A stretch of 64,000 nt of DNA, taken from NCBI GenBank assembly GCA_905178155.1, contig CAJINV010000008.1:2294001-2358000 (forward strand), in the 5' to 3' direction. The position numbers and the translations under genes are program-made. Position 1 is the first letter of the stretch. Each line of letters starts with the position of its first letter. The notes under the pieces are model-generated. The model searched no databases. It saw only the letters and a list, made by a program, of their open reading frames with translations, and had not been told where the DNA came from. Shown here in pieces: positions 35,001-46,888 of this stretch. The DNA comes from Amoebophrya sp. A120. Its lineage: Eukaryota; Protista; Dinoflagellata.

Positions 35001-38000
35001 GCAAAAGCGCAATCCCTCCGCAGGCTTCAAAACTGCCAGGGAGATGCGGGCGGTAAAAATGTCCAGGTCGCCCGGGCCACTTGGAAACCAGAAAAAGAGA
35101 AAAAAATGCGCAAAAGCGCAATCCCTCCGCAGGCTCCGAAACTGCCAGGCAGCTGCGGTCGGTGAAAATGTCCGGAGCCCTTCGGCCACCTAAGAACCAC
35201 AAAAAAGAGCGAAAATTGAAAAAAACCGAGAACCCTCGGCAGGCTTACAAACTGGCCGCCAAGGGCGGTCCGGCGGGCGCGTGGTCGCGCCATACCATCG
35301 GGATTGTGAAAAAAAAAACGCATTAGAAGCGGGCGGAGGGATGTCACAAAATCCCTATTTGCCCTGGTTTGTGGGCACAAATCCTGCACCTCCGCCGCGT
35401 CTGAAATGCCCGATTTTGGTGGCCCGGAAGGGTCCGCGGAGATTCGGCTTTCCGCATACCTTCTTGGCCAGGAGGCCAGTTTGTCATGCAGGGGGCTAGA
35501 AAGGATGCCCCGCTGCGAAATAGCAGACCGGATTTCGCCTTCAATGCTTATCGCAGGAGCCTGCGGGCCGCCGCGGGCGACAGTAGTTGTCCGCGGCCCT
35601 TTAGGGCCGCGGGGAAGTGGTGGAGCCCGCGGCGGCCCGCAGGCTCCTGCGATAAGCTTTGAATGCGAATCCGGAAGCCCCCGATGACCCAGATACCTTC
35701 CTGGCCAGGGGGCCAGTTTCTCATGCAGGGGGCTTGAAGAAGAAGGAGTGGGACTGTAATCAAAAATAAATAGCGCCAAAGCGCGGCCCGCAGGGCCGCG
35801 CTTTGGCCGCGCGGCTGGTTAGGCTTTCGCGCTGGTTAGAATTTCGCGCACGCATTTGGTTACCAATATCGCCCTCCGGGCGCGACCTTCATAGCAGGAG
35901 GTAGCACGACAGGTCCTGGTAAAGTAGCACGCGAAAAAAGAAGGTCGAATAAGACGCCCGCGGAAATGAATTCTTCCGTCAATTGTAACAGAGCCATCAC
36001 TCAAGAAGGAAAGAAAACCGATTCTTCAAGAACATCCAGCGTGCGAGACAACAGAGATGCAACTGGTCGCGCGAGGACCGCAAAAGCCTCCTCTTCGAGT
36101 TCGGCGGTTCTCTCATCTCTCGACGAGGAACATCAAACAGTGTGCCCTGCTGCTGAAGAAGCTGCTGGAGAAGGACAACATTCGAAGGTTTACTTGATAC
36201 TGGAGCACCACAACAGTAAGTTCAAGTCTTTCGATATCCTGAGCAAAAACGTCCCCACACCAGAGTCAAGATGAGGACTTTGCAACACAAACCTAAGAGC
36301 CTTGGACGTCACGCATGACAAGTTGCATTCCATAGTGTAGTACAGGTTAGCAAGTGCAGCCGCATCACAGATCCATATGCTTATCCTGTTCACAGCATCA
36401 CAAATTCCAAAACACGATTGGAAATGGCTACCATGGGTATGCGCATCACAAATGTCCTCGTCAACGCAAATCTGCATGACAACTCCGGTGTGGGGACGTT
36501 TTTCCATATGATATTCGAAAAAGAGGACCGCAGCTACGACAGTGAGGGCTTCTTTCGGAACACCGGGTTCTCGCCCCTGGACCACCCGTTGCTTGTCCGG
36601 GCCTGCGAAACCCCCCAAAAACTTGGCAAGTGCCCGATCAACCGGCTGGAGCGGTATTTGATACACGGAAACCACGTGGAGCAGTTTTTTCCCACCGGCC
36701 TAGACTGCGTCTTCAATTCGGAGCTCGACGGGCTCATGGAGGAGTATTTCGCGAGGCTCAAAACCGAATTGGAACATCAATTGGTAAGCTACCAACCTGC
36801 CCCGTCTTCGCTACTAGCAAAGGCGGGGCAGGTTGTTGCGGACACGGGACGAGCAGTAGTTCCTGACGCCGGAGGAGAGGCAAAAAACGCAAATGCCTCC
36901 TCCTGTGGGCGGGGTCCTCTCGTGGGCACTACGAGTAGTAGAACCCCTGCTGAAAATAAAATGTCGGGCACCACGACGCAAGAATGTCAAAATTCTATCC
37001 CTGTTTGTTCATCTGCAACGTCCCGTCCTACTCCTACCAGTACAACTGCCGCCTCTGCAAAAAGTGCAATTATGTCTAATGTCGCTCCAGCAGGAGCACC
37101 AAATCCAAAGCCGGCGAATTGTACTACATCGTCGACAACGATCACTAGTACGACCAGGCGTTCCTGGGTCGACCCTTTAATGTCCATTTCCATTTCGCTT
37201 TCCCACTCGCAGACTCTGATGCAAAGCACTTTCGGCATTGGCACGGGGCTCAGCGAAGACAAGGACCGGCGTAACCATTACTCGCACAAGTTCGCCGACC
37301 TCATGTTTCGCCCACGAATGCCGGACCCAACCGCCCGGTTACGCCCGGACATGGTCGAGTTTGCGAGAGAACACGTCAAACACTGCTGCGCAATCGACTA
37401 CGGGTCGACCGCGGGAAAGCCTGACGATTGGTTGTCGGACACTGACTGCAAAGAAATGACGGACACGCTGCTACTGCTGCTCCACAGCCGCTTTCAGATT
37501 CCGAAGCACGAACAGCCCACCACGATGTCCGTGCCCTTTCCGGCGACGTTCTCTGTTGCACCGCCCGCCAGCCACGTTGCTGCAACACGAAAAGATAGTA
37601 CTTCGGGGTCCTCTGGTGTGGTGGTCGCAAAGCCAAATAAAGCTCCGCCGGCTCCTGTGTCTGCGCAGGGTAAGAACAATGGTCAGATTGTTGCGCCGTC
37701 GGCGGGACGGAATGGCTCTGGCGAGGAGAACATCAAATCTTTTTCTGCCGCGCCAGCTGCTCATTCAGGACCGACAATGTCAAGAACAAGTGCTGTGTCG
37801 TCTTGTGATGACCTCCGAATCGGCACACACGTCCAGAAAGGACAGGAAACCTCGCTATCCTCAGGAAAATCTTCAGGAAGAACACCGACATTAGCATCAC
37901 CCCAGCAGGGCGGTGCGCAGGGTGTGCACACCACAGTGCCAGCAGTTGCAAAAAACCAAGAAACAGTTTCTGCGGCCAGTACTTCTAATACAAGCAGCGC

Positions 38001-39195
38001 TCCTGTCGGAAATGGATTAGCTGCACCATCCTCGGCGGCACCCGGAGTTGTAGTAATCACGCCAGCACATCTAGCACCAGCAAAAAAAGTTTCGGAAAAC
38101 GAAACTTCTGTGCCGTCGCAGCAACCTCCGCCGCCACAGCAGGCGCAAATAACTGGCGGGTTTTTAGGGGCCATGCGGTCTCTGTTCTCGGCGATCATAC
38201 CAGGCTCAAACTCGAGTTCCCCTTCTGACAAAACGAAAAAGAGTTCTGACAAGACGCCTGGTGCCGCACAGGAAATGTTTGGTGTCACATCGAAAGCACC
38301 CCCGAGTGGTGGTGCGCCATCGTCGAGCTTGAGCAACCCCGAAACGACTGCAATTAATGGCGGGAAAACGAAAACAACCAACTTTTCGGCCCATCCCCCT
38401 GCACCCCCAGAGCAGGCACGGAAAAAATCAGAAACCACGACGCAGACGAGTGCCACCAGTTCTCTTACGGATCCACTAGTGGCTGGAGCCGCAGTCGGGG
38501 ATGATCTTCCTGAGTCTCAGCAGATGTTTGCAGCTCTAGTCTTGGAAGAGGAGAAGAAAAATCTTCATCCCAGAAGACTAGGCCCGAATCATGACGAAGC
38601 AGCACCACATGTTGCAGCAGCAGATGTGACCTTTGCAAAATCGCAAGACAAAAACTCTGCCCCGAACGGCCAGGATTTTTCTTGTACTTCAAACCCAACG
38701 CGTCCCGTGCCGCAGAGCTCATCTCGTGTAAAAGAACCCTCCGACAGGAGATGCGTCACTTTTGACGAGACCACGCCTGAAAGGCAAGAACAACTTCCGC
38801 TACCCTCCTCGCGGCAACCGTCGAAGGTCAAACTGCGGCAAGGAACGCCCGGCAAGTGTCTGCTCGAGAGCTCCCCAGAGACGTCCCCCAGTCCGGCGGG
38901 ATGTGGGTCCTCCACCACTAGCAGCGTGGCCACGTCGCAATCAAGTTCTTCCACCGCCAACGGCTACAACCGGTGCAAGAAGTCCCGGAAGCGCGTCCAA
39001 ACAGAAGACAACCTCCACGAAGCCGGGGGCGGGCTGCACCGCGATGGGATTGCGGTTGCATTGGATTTTTCCGAGGCGGGCTCGTGCCGCACCTGCGGAG
39101 GGGGAGGCGAAGATGCCAAAAATGCGGAAAGTAGCTCACAGAAGACTCAGAGGCAGCCTTGCGAAAGTAACCCGACGAGGTACACCCTGTTTTAA
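29064..39195 (+). CDS. Very large hypothetical multi-exon protein (possibly two genes, split at the 1.6-kb TIR element)
   Basis: Exons 29064-30348, 30574-31200, 31361-31415 and 31610-~34260 are in frame (2 introners, GT-AG intron 31416-31609). The open frame resumes at ~35840-36234 and continues 36519-39195 after another introner. Confidence 0.6.
30349..30568. mobile_element. Introner, family F-like
   Basis: TATGAGACTGCGCAACTCC..CTCATTTGT / ACAAATGAG..GGAGTTTTGCACTGTTATA; TSD GGGGT/AAGGT. Confidence 0.88.
31201..31355. mobile_element. Introner, family B
   Basis: Family B TIR; TSD TTCCT. Confidence 0.93.
34263..35865. mobile_element. 1.6-kb non-autonomous TIR element with internal ~109-bp tandem repeats
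   Basis: Perfect 21-bp TIR TGGTAACCAAATGCGTGCGCG; at least 4 tandem units at ~34747-35190; internal hairpins at 35547-35657 and 35776-35806; no clean TSD. Confidence 0.85.
36235..36513. mobile_element. Introner, family C (reverse orientation relative to 19817-20095)
   Basis: Family C TIR; TSD TTCGA; the body is a diverged reverse complement of the 279-bp copy at 19817. Confidence 0.95.
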
Positions 39196-40816
39196 AACGA
39201 CAATGCTCCTTATTTAGATAAAACCTGTAGAGAATCAACATACGCAACTGCGGTGTTGGCATACAATGATCGATGCACGGTAAGAACTAGAGCTAATATG
39301 TCCCCACCAGAGCAGGACGATCTTCTTCCGTGGTTGGGCGTCTTTGATGGAAGTACAACGAATACAAAATGCGCCTGCATGCATCGCATGAACTACATCA
39401 TGCCGAGCGATTCAACTGACTTTATTCAAGGTCTTCACAACTATGCCCTGGCTGTGGTCGGTCGCCTGGTGCCACGGAAGCCGATGCTTTTGGTACTACG
39501 ACATCGCGTTTTTCTGTACAGTCTTCTGTTTGCGTTGAACAACTACTGCGCAGACGTTTGCGCACACAGACGTACAACTGCTACCCGGCAGTGACAGTGA
39601 GTCTATGCGTAATGTTTCTGCCCCTACTTCGGTCACGATCTGGCACTAGTCTGTCTACTTCCACCTCCTCTCGTCTAGTACTAGTAAATCGCCGCGTGTC
39701 CTCCTCCTCCGCCCCTACCACAGGCTTGCATGGAGAGACCGTCGGCCATTTTCGGGCGCATCTCTTCTCTGTGCGTGTCTTCCATCGCCCGTGCCCTTCC
39801 TGGCGTGACGGGTGAGCCTAGGGCGCCCTGTCGTGGCGCACTCGCTACGAGGGCCTACTACCACCCGACGAACAACGACCATGACGCCAGCAGCTCGGTG
39901 CCAGTTCGCGCCGTCAGATGACCTGTCCAGCCACAGCCAGCCGCTGCATGGGAGCGGTGCAGTCCTTCCTTGTTGCCCGATATGCCATTCCCGGTGTCTT
40001 CGCAGGCTATCGCCATAGGCCTGTGTTTGAGGCTGCCGTACGCTCCTCCGGTGCGTTGTCTTGCTTCTCACCCTACTTGCCCTCCCCGGCGACTGTCTCT
40101 AGGAGAGCTGCGCGCACAGTCGTCTTGCAGGCCGGCCGGGGCCGGCAATTCCATGCCGGGTTTCGGATTCGGCTTGGCTTTGGTTACTACCTTCCTTCCC
40201 AACCATCCCGCCCGGGATCTACACCGCACCCTCACGTGGGGACGGGGCCGGAGATAAGGGATAACGCCAGCCTCCCACAATGACTCGTGGGCTCTCAAAT
40301 TTTGGAAGCCACAGAAGACTGAGCTGACCTCCCTCTGCGTGGTTTCTCAAATTTGAAAAGATGCTCCCTCGGCATCTTTTGAAATCCTGAAAACCACAGA
40401 ACAGCCAGCTGCCCTCCTCGTCGGTCTGCGGCATGTCAAATTTGAAAAGATGCTCCTTTCCTTCAGCATCTTCTCGAATCTTGGCAACCTCAGGACAGAA
40501 AACGGATCGGCTCTTCTGCGGCTTCGAAGATTGAAAAGATGCTTCTTTAGCATGGTGCCACGGAACCCGATGCTTTTGGTACTACGACATCGTATTTTTC
40601 GTCTGTGTGCGTCTACGTCTAGTCTTTAGACTCTTTGAAGTTCGCTTTGCGTGTGCATATACAACACTGCTGGGATTGCACTTTACATATATGATAAATT
40701 TTTTTTTACCTGTTCCTGTTGTTGACCAATTAGAATGTCCTGTGGGGATCGATTTGTTTTCATCACTATGGTACGTGTCTCGGTCGTCGAGTCCGGGAAT
40801 GTCTGAATTCTATCAG

Positions 40817-43800
40817 GTGCGCGAATATGGGAGCCTCCTGAGCGGAGCGGCACACGCACCCGAGGACTATGAAATGCAAAAATGTCTGGGTCTGGAAGGA
40901 TACAAGGTCTGTCATGCACATTTTGCATGAGTTCTGATGTCTGTGATGCATGCCCTAGCATGACAGATTCTGTGAGGGCTTTCTGATGCCTATACCGCAT
41001 GAGAAATGCCCTCTCGCAATGGAAAACACCGGACCTCTTTTGCTGTTCATGCAATACAGATTTTTGTAGAATCCAGCTGCAGCATCACAAGTTCGCATCC
41101 CTCCAGACCCAGACATTTTTGCATTTGATAAGGACTGGAATTCTGCAAGAAGGCGTTGGAAAAAGCGGCCGCTACCGATATGGATTGTAAAAATGTCTGG
41201 GTCTGGAAGGTTGCAACTTGTGATGCTATGTTTCGACTCTAAAAAGATTTGTATTGCATGACCAGCAAGAGCCTAGTCCAGTTTTTGCTACGTGGGGAGG
41301 GCATTTGTCATGCGGAATAGGCATCAGGAGGCCTTCCAAAAATCTGTGATGCTAGGTCCCGCATTCCAGACCTCATGGGTCATGGGAAACCTGCATGACA
41401 AACATGCACTTTTCCAGACCCAGACATTTTTGCATTTGATAACCGACGGAACCGAGCAAAAGAACCCGAAGGCGGGGGTACAAGAACTACAACAACATGT
41501 CGAACCAGCACTAGAAAAGGATCATTTGGATTTACCAGAGACCCCGATCAGCTTTTCAGCAAGTCCCAAACATTTTTTCGTGCAGCAAGCGTCAGCAGAA
41601 GCAGACAATACTCCGACGACGTCGACGTTGTTCGCGAAGCCGCCATCCAAGTTTGCAGGCAGAAAGGATTTCGCACTGAAAAGTTTTCTCCGGGCGCAGG
41701 AAACCACTTCCACGACCTTGCCGGGAGCCAGTGGCACGTTTTGCGGCGGCTCGACGCACGGAGTAGGTGTCGGACGGCCCGCAGTAGGGGCACAACAACC
41801 ACAGGCATCAGTGCCGCCGAGCAGCGGCTCAAGTGGGGCGTCGACGAATAGCAGAAGTACGGCACCAGCTACAATCCAGGCGAACCAAAACAGCAGTGCA
41901 GTCGCTGCTGCAGCTAGTACCAATTGTTCCAATCTCCACCAAGCTGCACAGCCACCTGCTGGCGCTACTTCCGCGAGCACGTCGAAACACATGAGTAAGA
42001 AAAAAGCTGGAAAGCAGCATGCCCGACTCAACGCACAAAAGAGATTTTGCCCCTCGGCTGTGAACAGCGACGGCGCGGCGAGTGCAGTGAGTGCCACGGT
42101 GACCACCAATTCGAATACAGGAGCATCGCCTTTAGCGGGATCGGGCGTTGCTGGATCTTCATCCAGTGCTAGTGCTGCCAACTGGGGATCTGGAGGAGGA
42201 CCGACTCCTGTACCCGCGTCCAAAATACAGCCGGGACTGGGCGATCAGATCCCGGCACGCGCACAAGACGCACCTCCGATGCCACCGTCTGTACCGCAGC
42301 AACAGAATACTGCCACGCCCAGAGGAGAGCAAAGCGGAAATCATGGTCTGGAGGTGCAACAAAAACAAAATTGCCAAAACCTCAGCCAGGACCTAGGACA
42401 GGAGCGACAAGTTGTGCTAGACCACTGCCAGAACAACGCAGCAACCGCGGGGCAGCTGCAAGCAGTGGCCAAGAACATGTCACCCTCGGCCTTTGCGAAT
42501 TTGATACCCACCAATCTTGCATCCTGTGCAAATCCCGCTGTTGCCTGTCCGGCAGATGCAACTTCTACACCAGGAGGCACGATGAATACACCGCTGCAGC
42601 AGCCGCGAAAGGCCCCGACCGGAGGAGTGTTTCCGCCGCGGAGAACGGCGTTCGGCTTGGAAACGTTGCCGACAACGCTGACTTATGATCTGCAAAAGCA
42701 TCGTACTCGTATAGATGCATTAGAAATTTCCTCTGCATCGGAAATAAAATTTGTAATGCGGATTTACCTTGACAAAGAAACTTGTAGTGCATGATTGCAA
42801 TTACTACGAGTACGATACTTTTGCACAGCATATGACTGCAGAAGAGCGAGCGGCGGAAATTTTGAAGGAGTACAAGAAAGTGACCACCTATCAAAGAAAA
42901 AAAGTTCGTCACGATCACTCATGCGCATTTTTGCAATACAAAATTGTTTGTCATGCGTAAAAATGCATCACGGCCAAACTTCATTAGGGATTTCCCTAGT
43001 GTTTCTGCAATACAAGGAAAGTTTGTGATGCTGAGAAAATTTGTAATGCAAAACCTGTTTGTCACAGTCACTGTGACTGTGACAAACTTTTTTCTTTCCA
43101 TACCACCGACCCTGTCACCGGCGCCTGCACTGCGGACACGGGACTGGGACAAAGCTCCTACATACCAAAGCATACTCCTCAGGTAACGGTCGACATTAGA
43201 TATGCAGCTTGATGTAAGTAAGTACTTAAGTACTTTTTTATTCCTTTGCTTTGTTGTTCTTCTTGAATCTTGATGGAATTACGTCGTTGCAGAATCAATC
43301 TTGACGTAAGCCCCTCCGACTGATTTGGGTTTCATTTCCTCCAACGACGCTGGGCGCGACGCTTCACGTCGTGCAGAAGTGAGAGTTACTTGAATTGATA
43401 GATCGAACTCTCTGTAGTTCAACCAAGGTAGTATAGTACGACAAGGTAAAAATCACACCGCGGTATTGACAACAACATATCAAAGTAATGACAAATACAT
43501 ACAACAGCTGCTGGAGCAGATGTACGGGGGAAAGCCGCCTCCGACTGCCGCGGCGGCGCAGTTTCTCGAGCAGTACCCCGCAAGCAACCAGTGACGCACG
43601 AGAAAACTGTTTCACCGTAAGCAGGTCATGCAGAGGTTGCAACACCAACACAGAAGCATTTGCCTCTTTATCGATGCTAAATACTTAAGTAGATTTTGTT
43701 TCTGGGACTAGGTTCGGAGTTATTATGCAGGACAAACCTGTCGGTGTCGTTGTGTTGTCATCTAGGTTCTGCAATAAAATCTTTACAGTGAAACACTTGT

Positions 43801-45400
43801 TTCTCGCGACAAGCCGTGGTCTTCAAAATCGTCCGGCTCTCCCGGAACGAAAGCAGCAAGCGGAACGAATCCTCCCAGGGCTCCTGCGGGAGCAGGCGTT
43901 GCCACTTCTGCAACAGCGCAAAAGCAGCAGAAGAAGAAAAACCAGAACCGAATTATCAATCAGAATACTAACAATAACCGCGGGCCAGGGGTAAACAGCA
44001 GTAGCACAGCCGCGCAAAGCCAACCGCCGCAGCCGGAGCCTGAGCGCGGGACGGCAGAGTACAAGGCCATGCTGAAGCAGAAGCTGAACGAAGCAAAACT
44101 CCGGTGCAGAAGACAACAGAAGACCGGGAAGAATAACAACACTACAACATCAAGTGCGAACACTACCTCCGGAAGCACAACGACGAGCAGCACCACCGCT
44201 GCGACGAGTCCACCAACATCGAATGTTGCAGCGCAACCGGCTAGAGGAACAGCAAACGTAGCTCAGCAGCAGCCGGTTCTTGGGCCCTCGTCAGGGGTAG
44301 CACAGCAACCTGGTACATCAACTAAGAATACCGGCGGGAACTACAACATCACCAGCTCGCAGAGCGCCGCTTCGCCGCCTGCAGCAACAACTCGAACAGC
44401 TACAACTTCCCAGCAAGAACAGCAAATCACTGTTTGCGTGGCCACGACGGGGACAACGAACACGAAAACAACAGCGGTTCCGCGGACAGCGCAGGACAAA
44501 ACCCAGCAGCAAACCTCAGACCAACCGCCGGAGGCCGCTCCCGCAACTAGTTCCCGCACTGAGTCTTCCGCTGGCACGACCCCAGGAATGCAAGAAGGGT
44601 TGAAGAAAGAACAAGCGCAAGAGCAGCCCGGCGAAGCAGAGGACGCCCCGCTCCCGAGTCAAAGCCAAAAGAAGCACAAGGCCAGCACAATGTTGGCTGC
44701 TCCTGCGATGGCCGCGGGGCCTTATCAGCAGCAGTCACTTCTTCGCTCCATACCTCAGATGGGAGGAGCTGCGGTGCAAACAAAGCAGAGCGCGTTATTC
44801 GGAGGCCCCACGACCGCGAACCACTTAGCCTCCGCGCAAAACCTGCTGCGCGACACCATTTCTGGTTGCGACTTTGGCATCACGAGAAGCGTCTTCTCCG
44901 AAAGCGAGCCCGCCTTCTCCCGAGTGTTGCACGTGCGGCCCCCGCTGTTTCCCCGCCCGAGCACGTGCAACATGCCGTCCCTGCCGTGGTCTGGTTCAAC
45001 AAGCGGGGATCTGCTTGCTCCCCCCAAGAACACAGTTCCGCACCTCTCCGCATCTTCGAGTGGACGGCACGCAGATGGTCCTGCCGAATCCGCTTGCAGT
45101 GGTGCAAGCAGTGCTTGCTCGTCGACACTTCCAACCTCGTCTGCAGCTGAAAAGAATCCGGTACCTACTTCAACTTCTTCATCGAAAGGCCAAATTCAAA
45201 ACGCCAACGGAGTTGGAGTTGCTGCTGAATCAGCGACGTCATCGCTCGCTCCGTCTTCTCAGTTCGTGCTGAAATCCGAGCTATTGACAACGACGGTGAC
45301 GGAATTTTTTTCCGCCGAAAAAACAAGCAATAGTGCGAGTTTGTTCGCGCAGGCATCGGCGGAGCAGTCCGCTTTAGAAAACTCTGCGCATGCCGGATGA
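40817..45400 (+). CDS. Hypothetical low-complexity multi-exon protein
   Basis: Exons 40817-40867, 41136-41178, 41447-42683, 42838-42888, 43108-43182 are in frame across 4 introners. GT donor at 43183; final exon ~43789-45400. The 5' end and the 43183-43788 region are unresolved. Confidence 0.6.
40868..41130. mobile_element. Introner, family A
   Basis: Family A TIR; TSD AGGAC; body similar to 8046-8307. Confidence 0.95.
41179..41441. mobile_element. Introner, family A (reverse orientation relative to 8046 and 40868)
   Basis: Family A TIR; TSD ACCGA. Confidence 0.95.
42684..42832. mobile_element. Introner, family B
   Basis: Family B TIR; TSD TGACT. Confidence 0.95.
42889..43102. mobile_element. 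Introner, family G
   Basis: TATCAAAGAAAAAAAGTTCGTCAC / GTGACAAACTTTTTTCTTTCCATA; TSD CCACC. Confidence 0.92.
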
Positions 45401-46888
45401 GCAACTTTTTTTTATTGAAGTTGGCACTTCAGCCGACCGCATTGGGAAAGGCAATCTTGATCGTGCTTTTTTTTCTCCGTCTGTACCTACAACAAGAAAC
45501 ATTTTGGGGAGGGTCATCGCTACAGTTTTTCTCGATTTATTGCTGCTTTACTGGGATGATCCATCGGTGTCCGTCAGGATCGTTATCAGAGTTGGTTTAA
45601 CCTAGTAAAGTATCTTGATTGTATACCGATGCTAAGTGCGTAGCGTTCGCTCTGCGCTTTTACCAATTTTTTTTCAGTGTTCATTTACATGTTGATTTAC
45701 TTCTTTTTCATTTTGTAGTTGCCGGCCTAGCTGGGGATGGCACAGGCGACATAAACATCTGGCAGTTTTTGCGACGACGCCCGACAAGTTAAAGTTTTGA
45801 GTTTCTATCGTGACCCGCCTCCGCCTGATGGAGCGTATTCAATGAACTGCAAGAATAAAATCTTTATACGGATGTAATGAGTCAAGTGGTGCCCCCGGGA
45901 GCGGCCAGGTAGTAAAGGCACATTCACTTTTTTCATCGCGAAAACGACATGAATCTTTTTCGTAGGAAAATAAACATGAAACGAATTGAATCCATTGATA
46001 ATTCTCTGCGGGGGTCGTCTGTAGTGTAAACCTCGAGTACTCCTGTTTTTGCTGCGAAATGTATTTGTTGTAGCTTTCTTCGTCAGATGAAACCCTCTTC
46101 GAAGCCGTTTGGGTGGTCTTACGCGAAACAAGCTTGTGCTTGTGCTGGGAAATAGCGACGTAGTTCCACATGCGCTGACACGGGCTATCGCCATCCTCTC
46201 TCATTTGCGATTGCGTTCCTGTTCTGTGTTGTGACCTTCATCAAAAAGCCAAAAAAAGTTCAAATAAGCCTGACTTCCATAGTTCTGGGTAATGGCAAAG
46301 GAGAGAGCAATCAAGGGAAGGAAAACAGAAGGAGAGTGTCTTCAAATCAAGTTGAGAGAGAGAGTGATCTTGTGGCAAAGTTGAGGCTCACGGATCTAAA
46401 TGGAGTATGAGATATGCGCATACATGCTGTGTCGCCGCTGGAGCTGCGTGCGCGGGGCTGGATGGTGATGTCAAAGCATTTTGAAGGCGCGCTACAGTAC
46501 GTCGGATACACAACGAACAAGCTATTACAGATATTTTTTGTTTCTTGTTGTGAGTACTAAGTTTTTCCATAAAAATGGGTAACTGCTGTATTGTTGGTGG
46601 AGTAAACAAGGCAACTGCCGTAGTGCCAACCACCACACTGGATGGAAGCGAGCAGAACAGCCCGGTATTTTTGTCATTGATGATGTGATGACATGGACAC
46701 GCTAGACTGCGAAATCGAAAACTGAAGAAACAGTTTCTTCAGTCAGCATTGTTTTGCAATTTGATCATTGCTGTATATGCATAAGCGAATTAAATTTGAA
46801 TTGAGAACATTTCGAATGACTTGATGACTTAGTTAGTATACTAACTTGCAATGAATATCAGGATTCCCCGGCAGGAGCCACGCAGCGT

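Noticed and set aside
34747-35190. ORFs in the 109-bp tandem repeats as repeat proteins
   Set aside because: The period is not a multiple of 3, ORFs appear in several frames and both strands, and the array lies within a TIR element.
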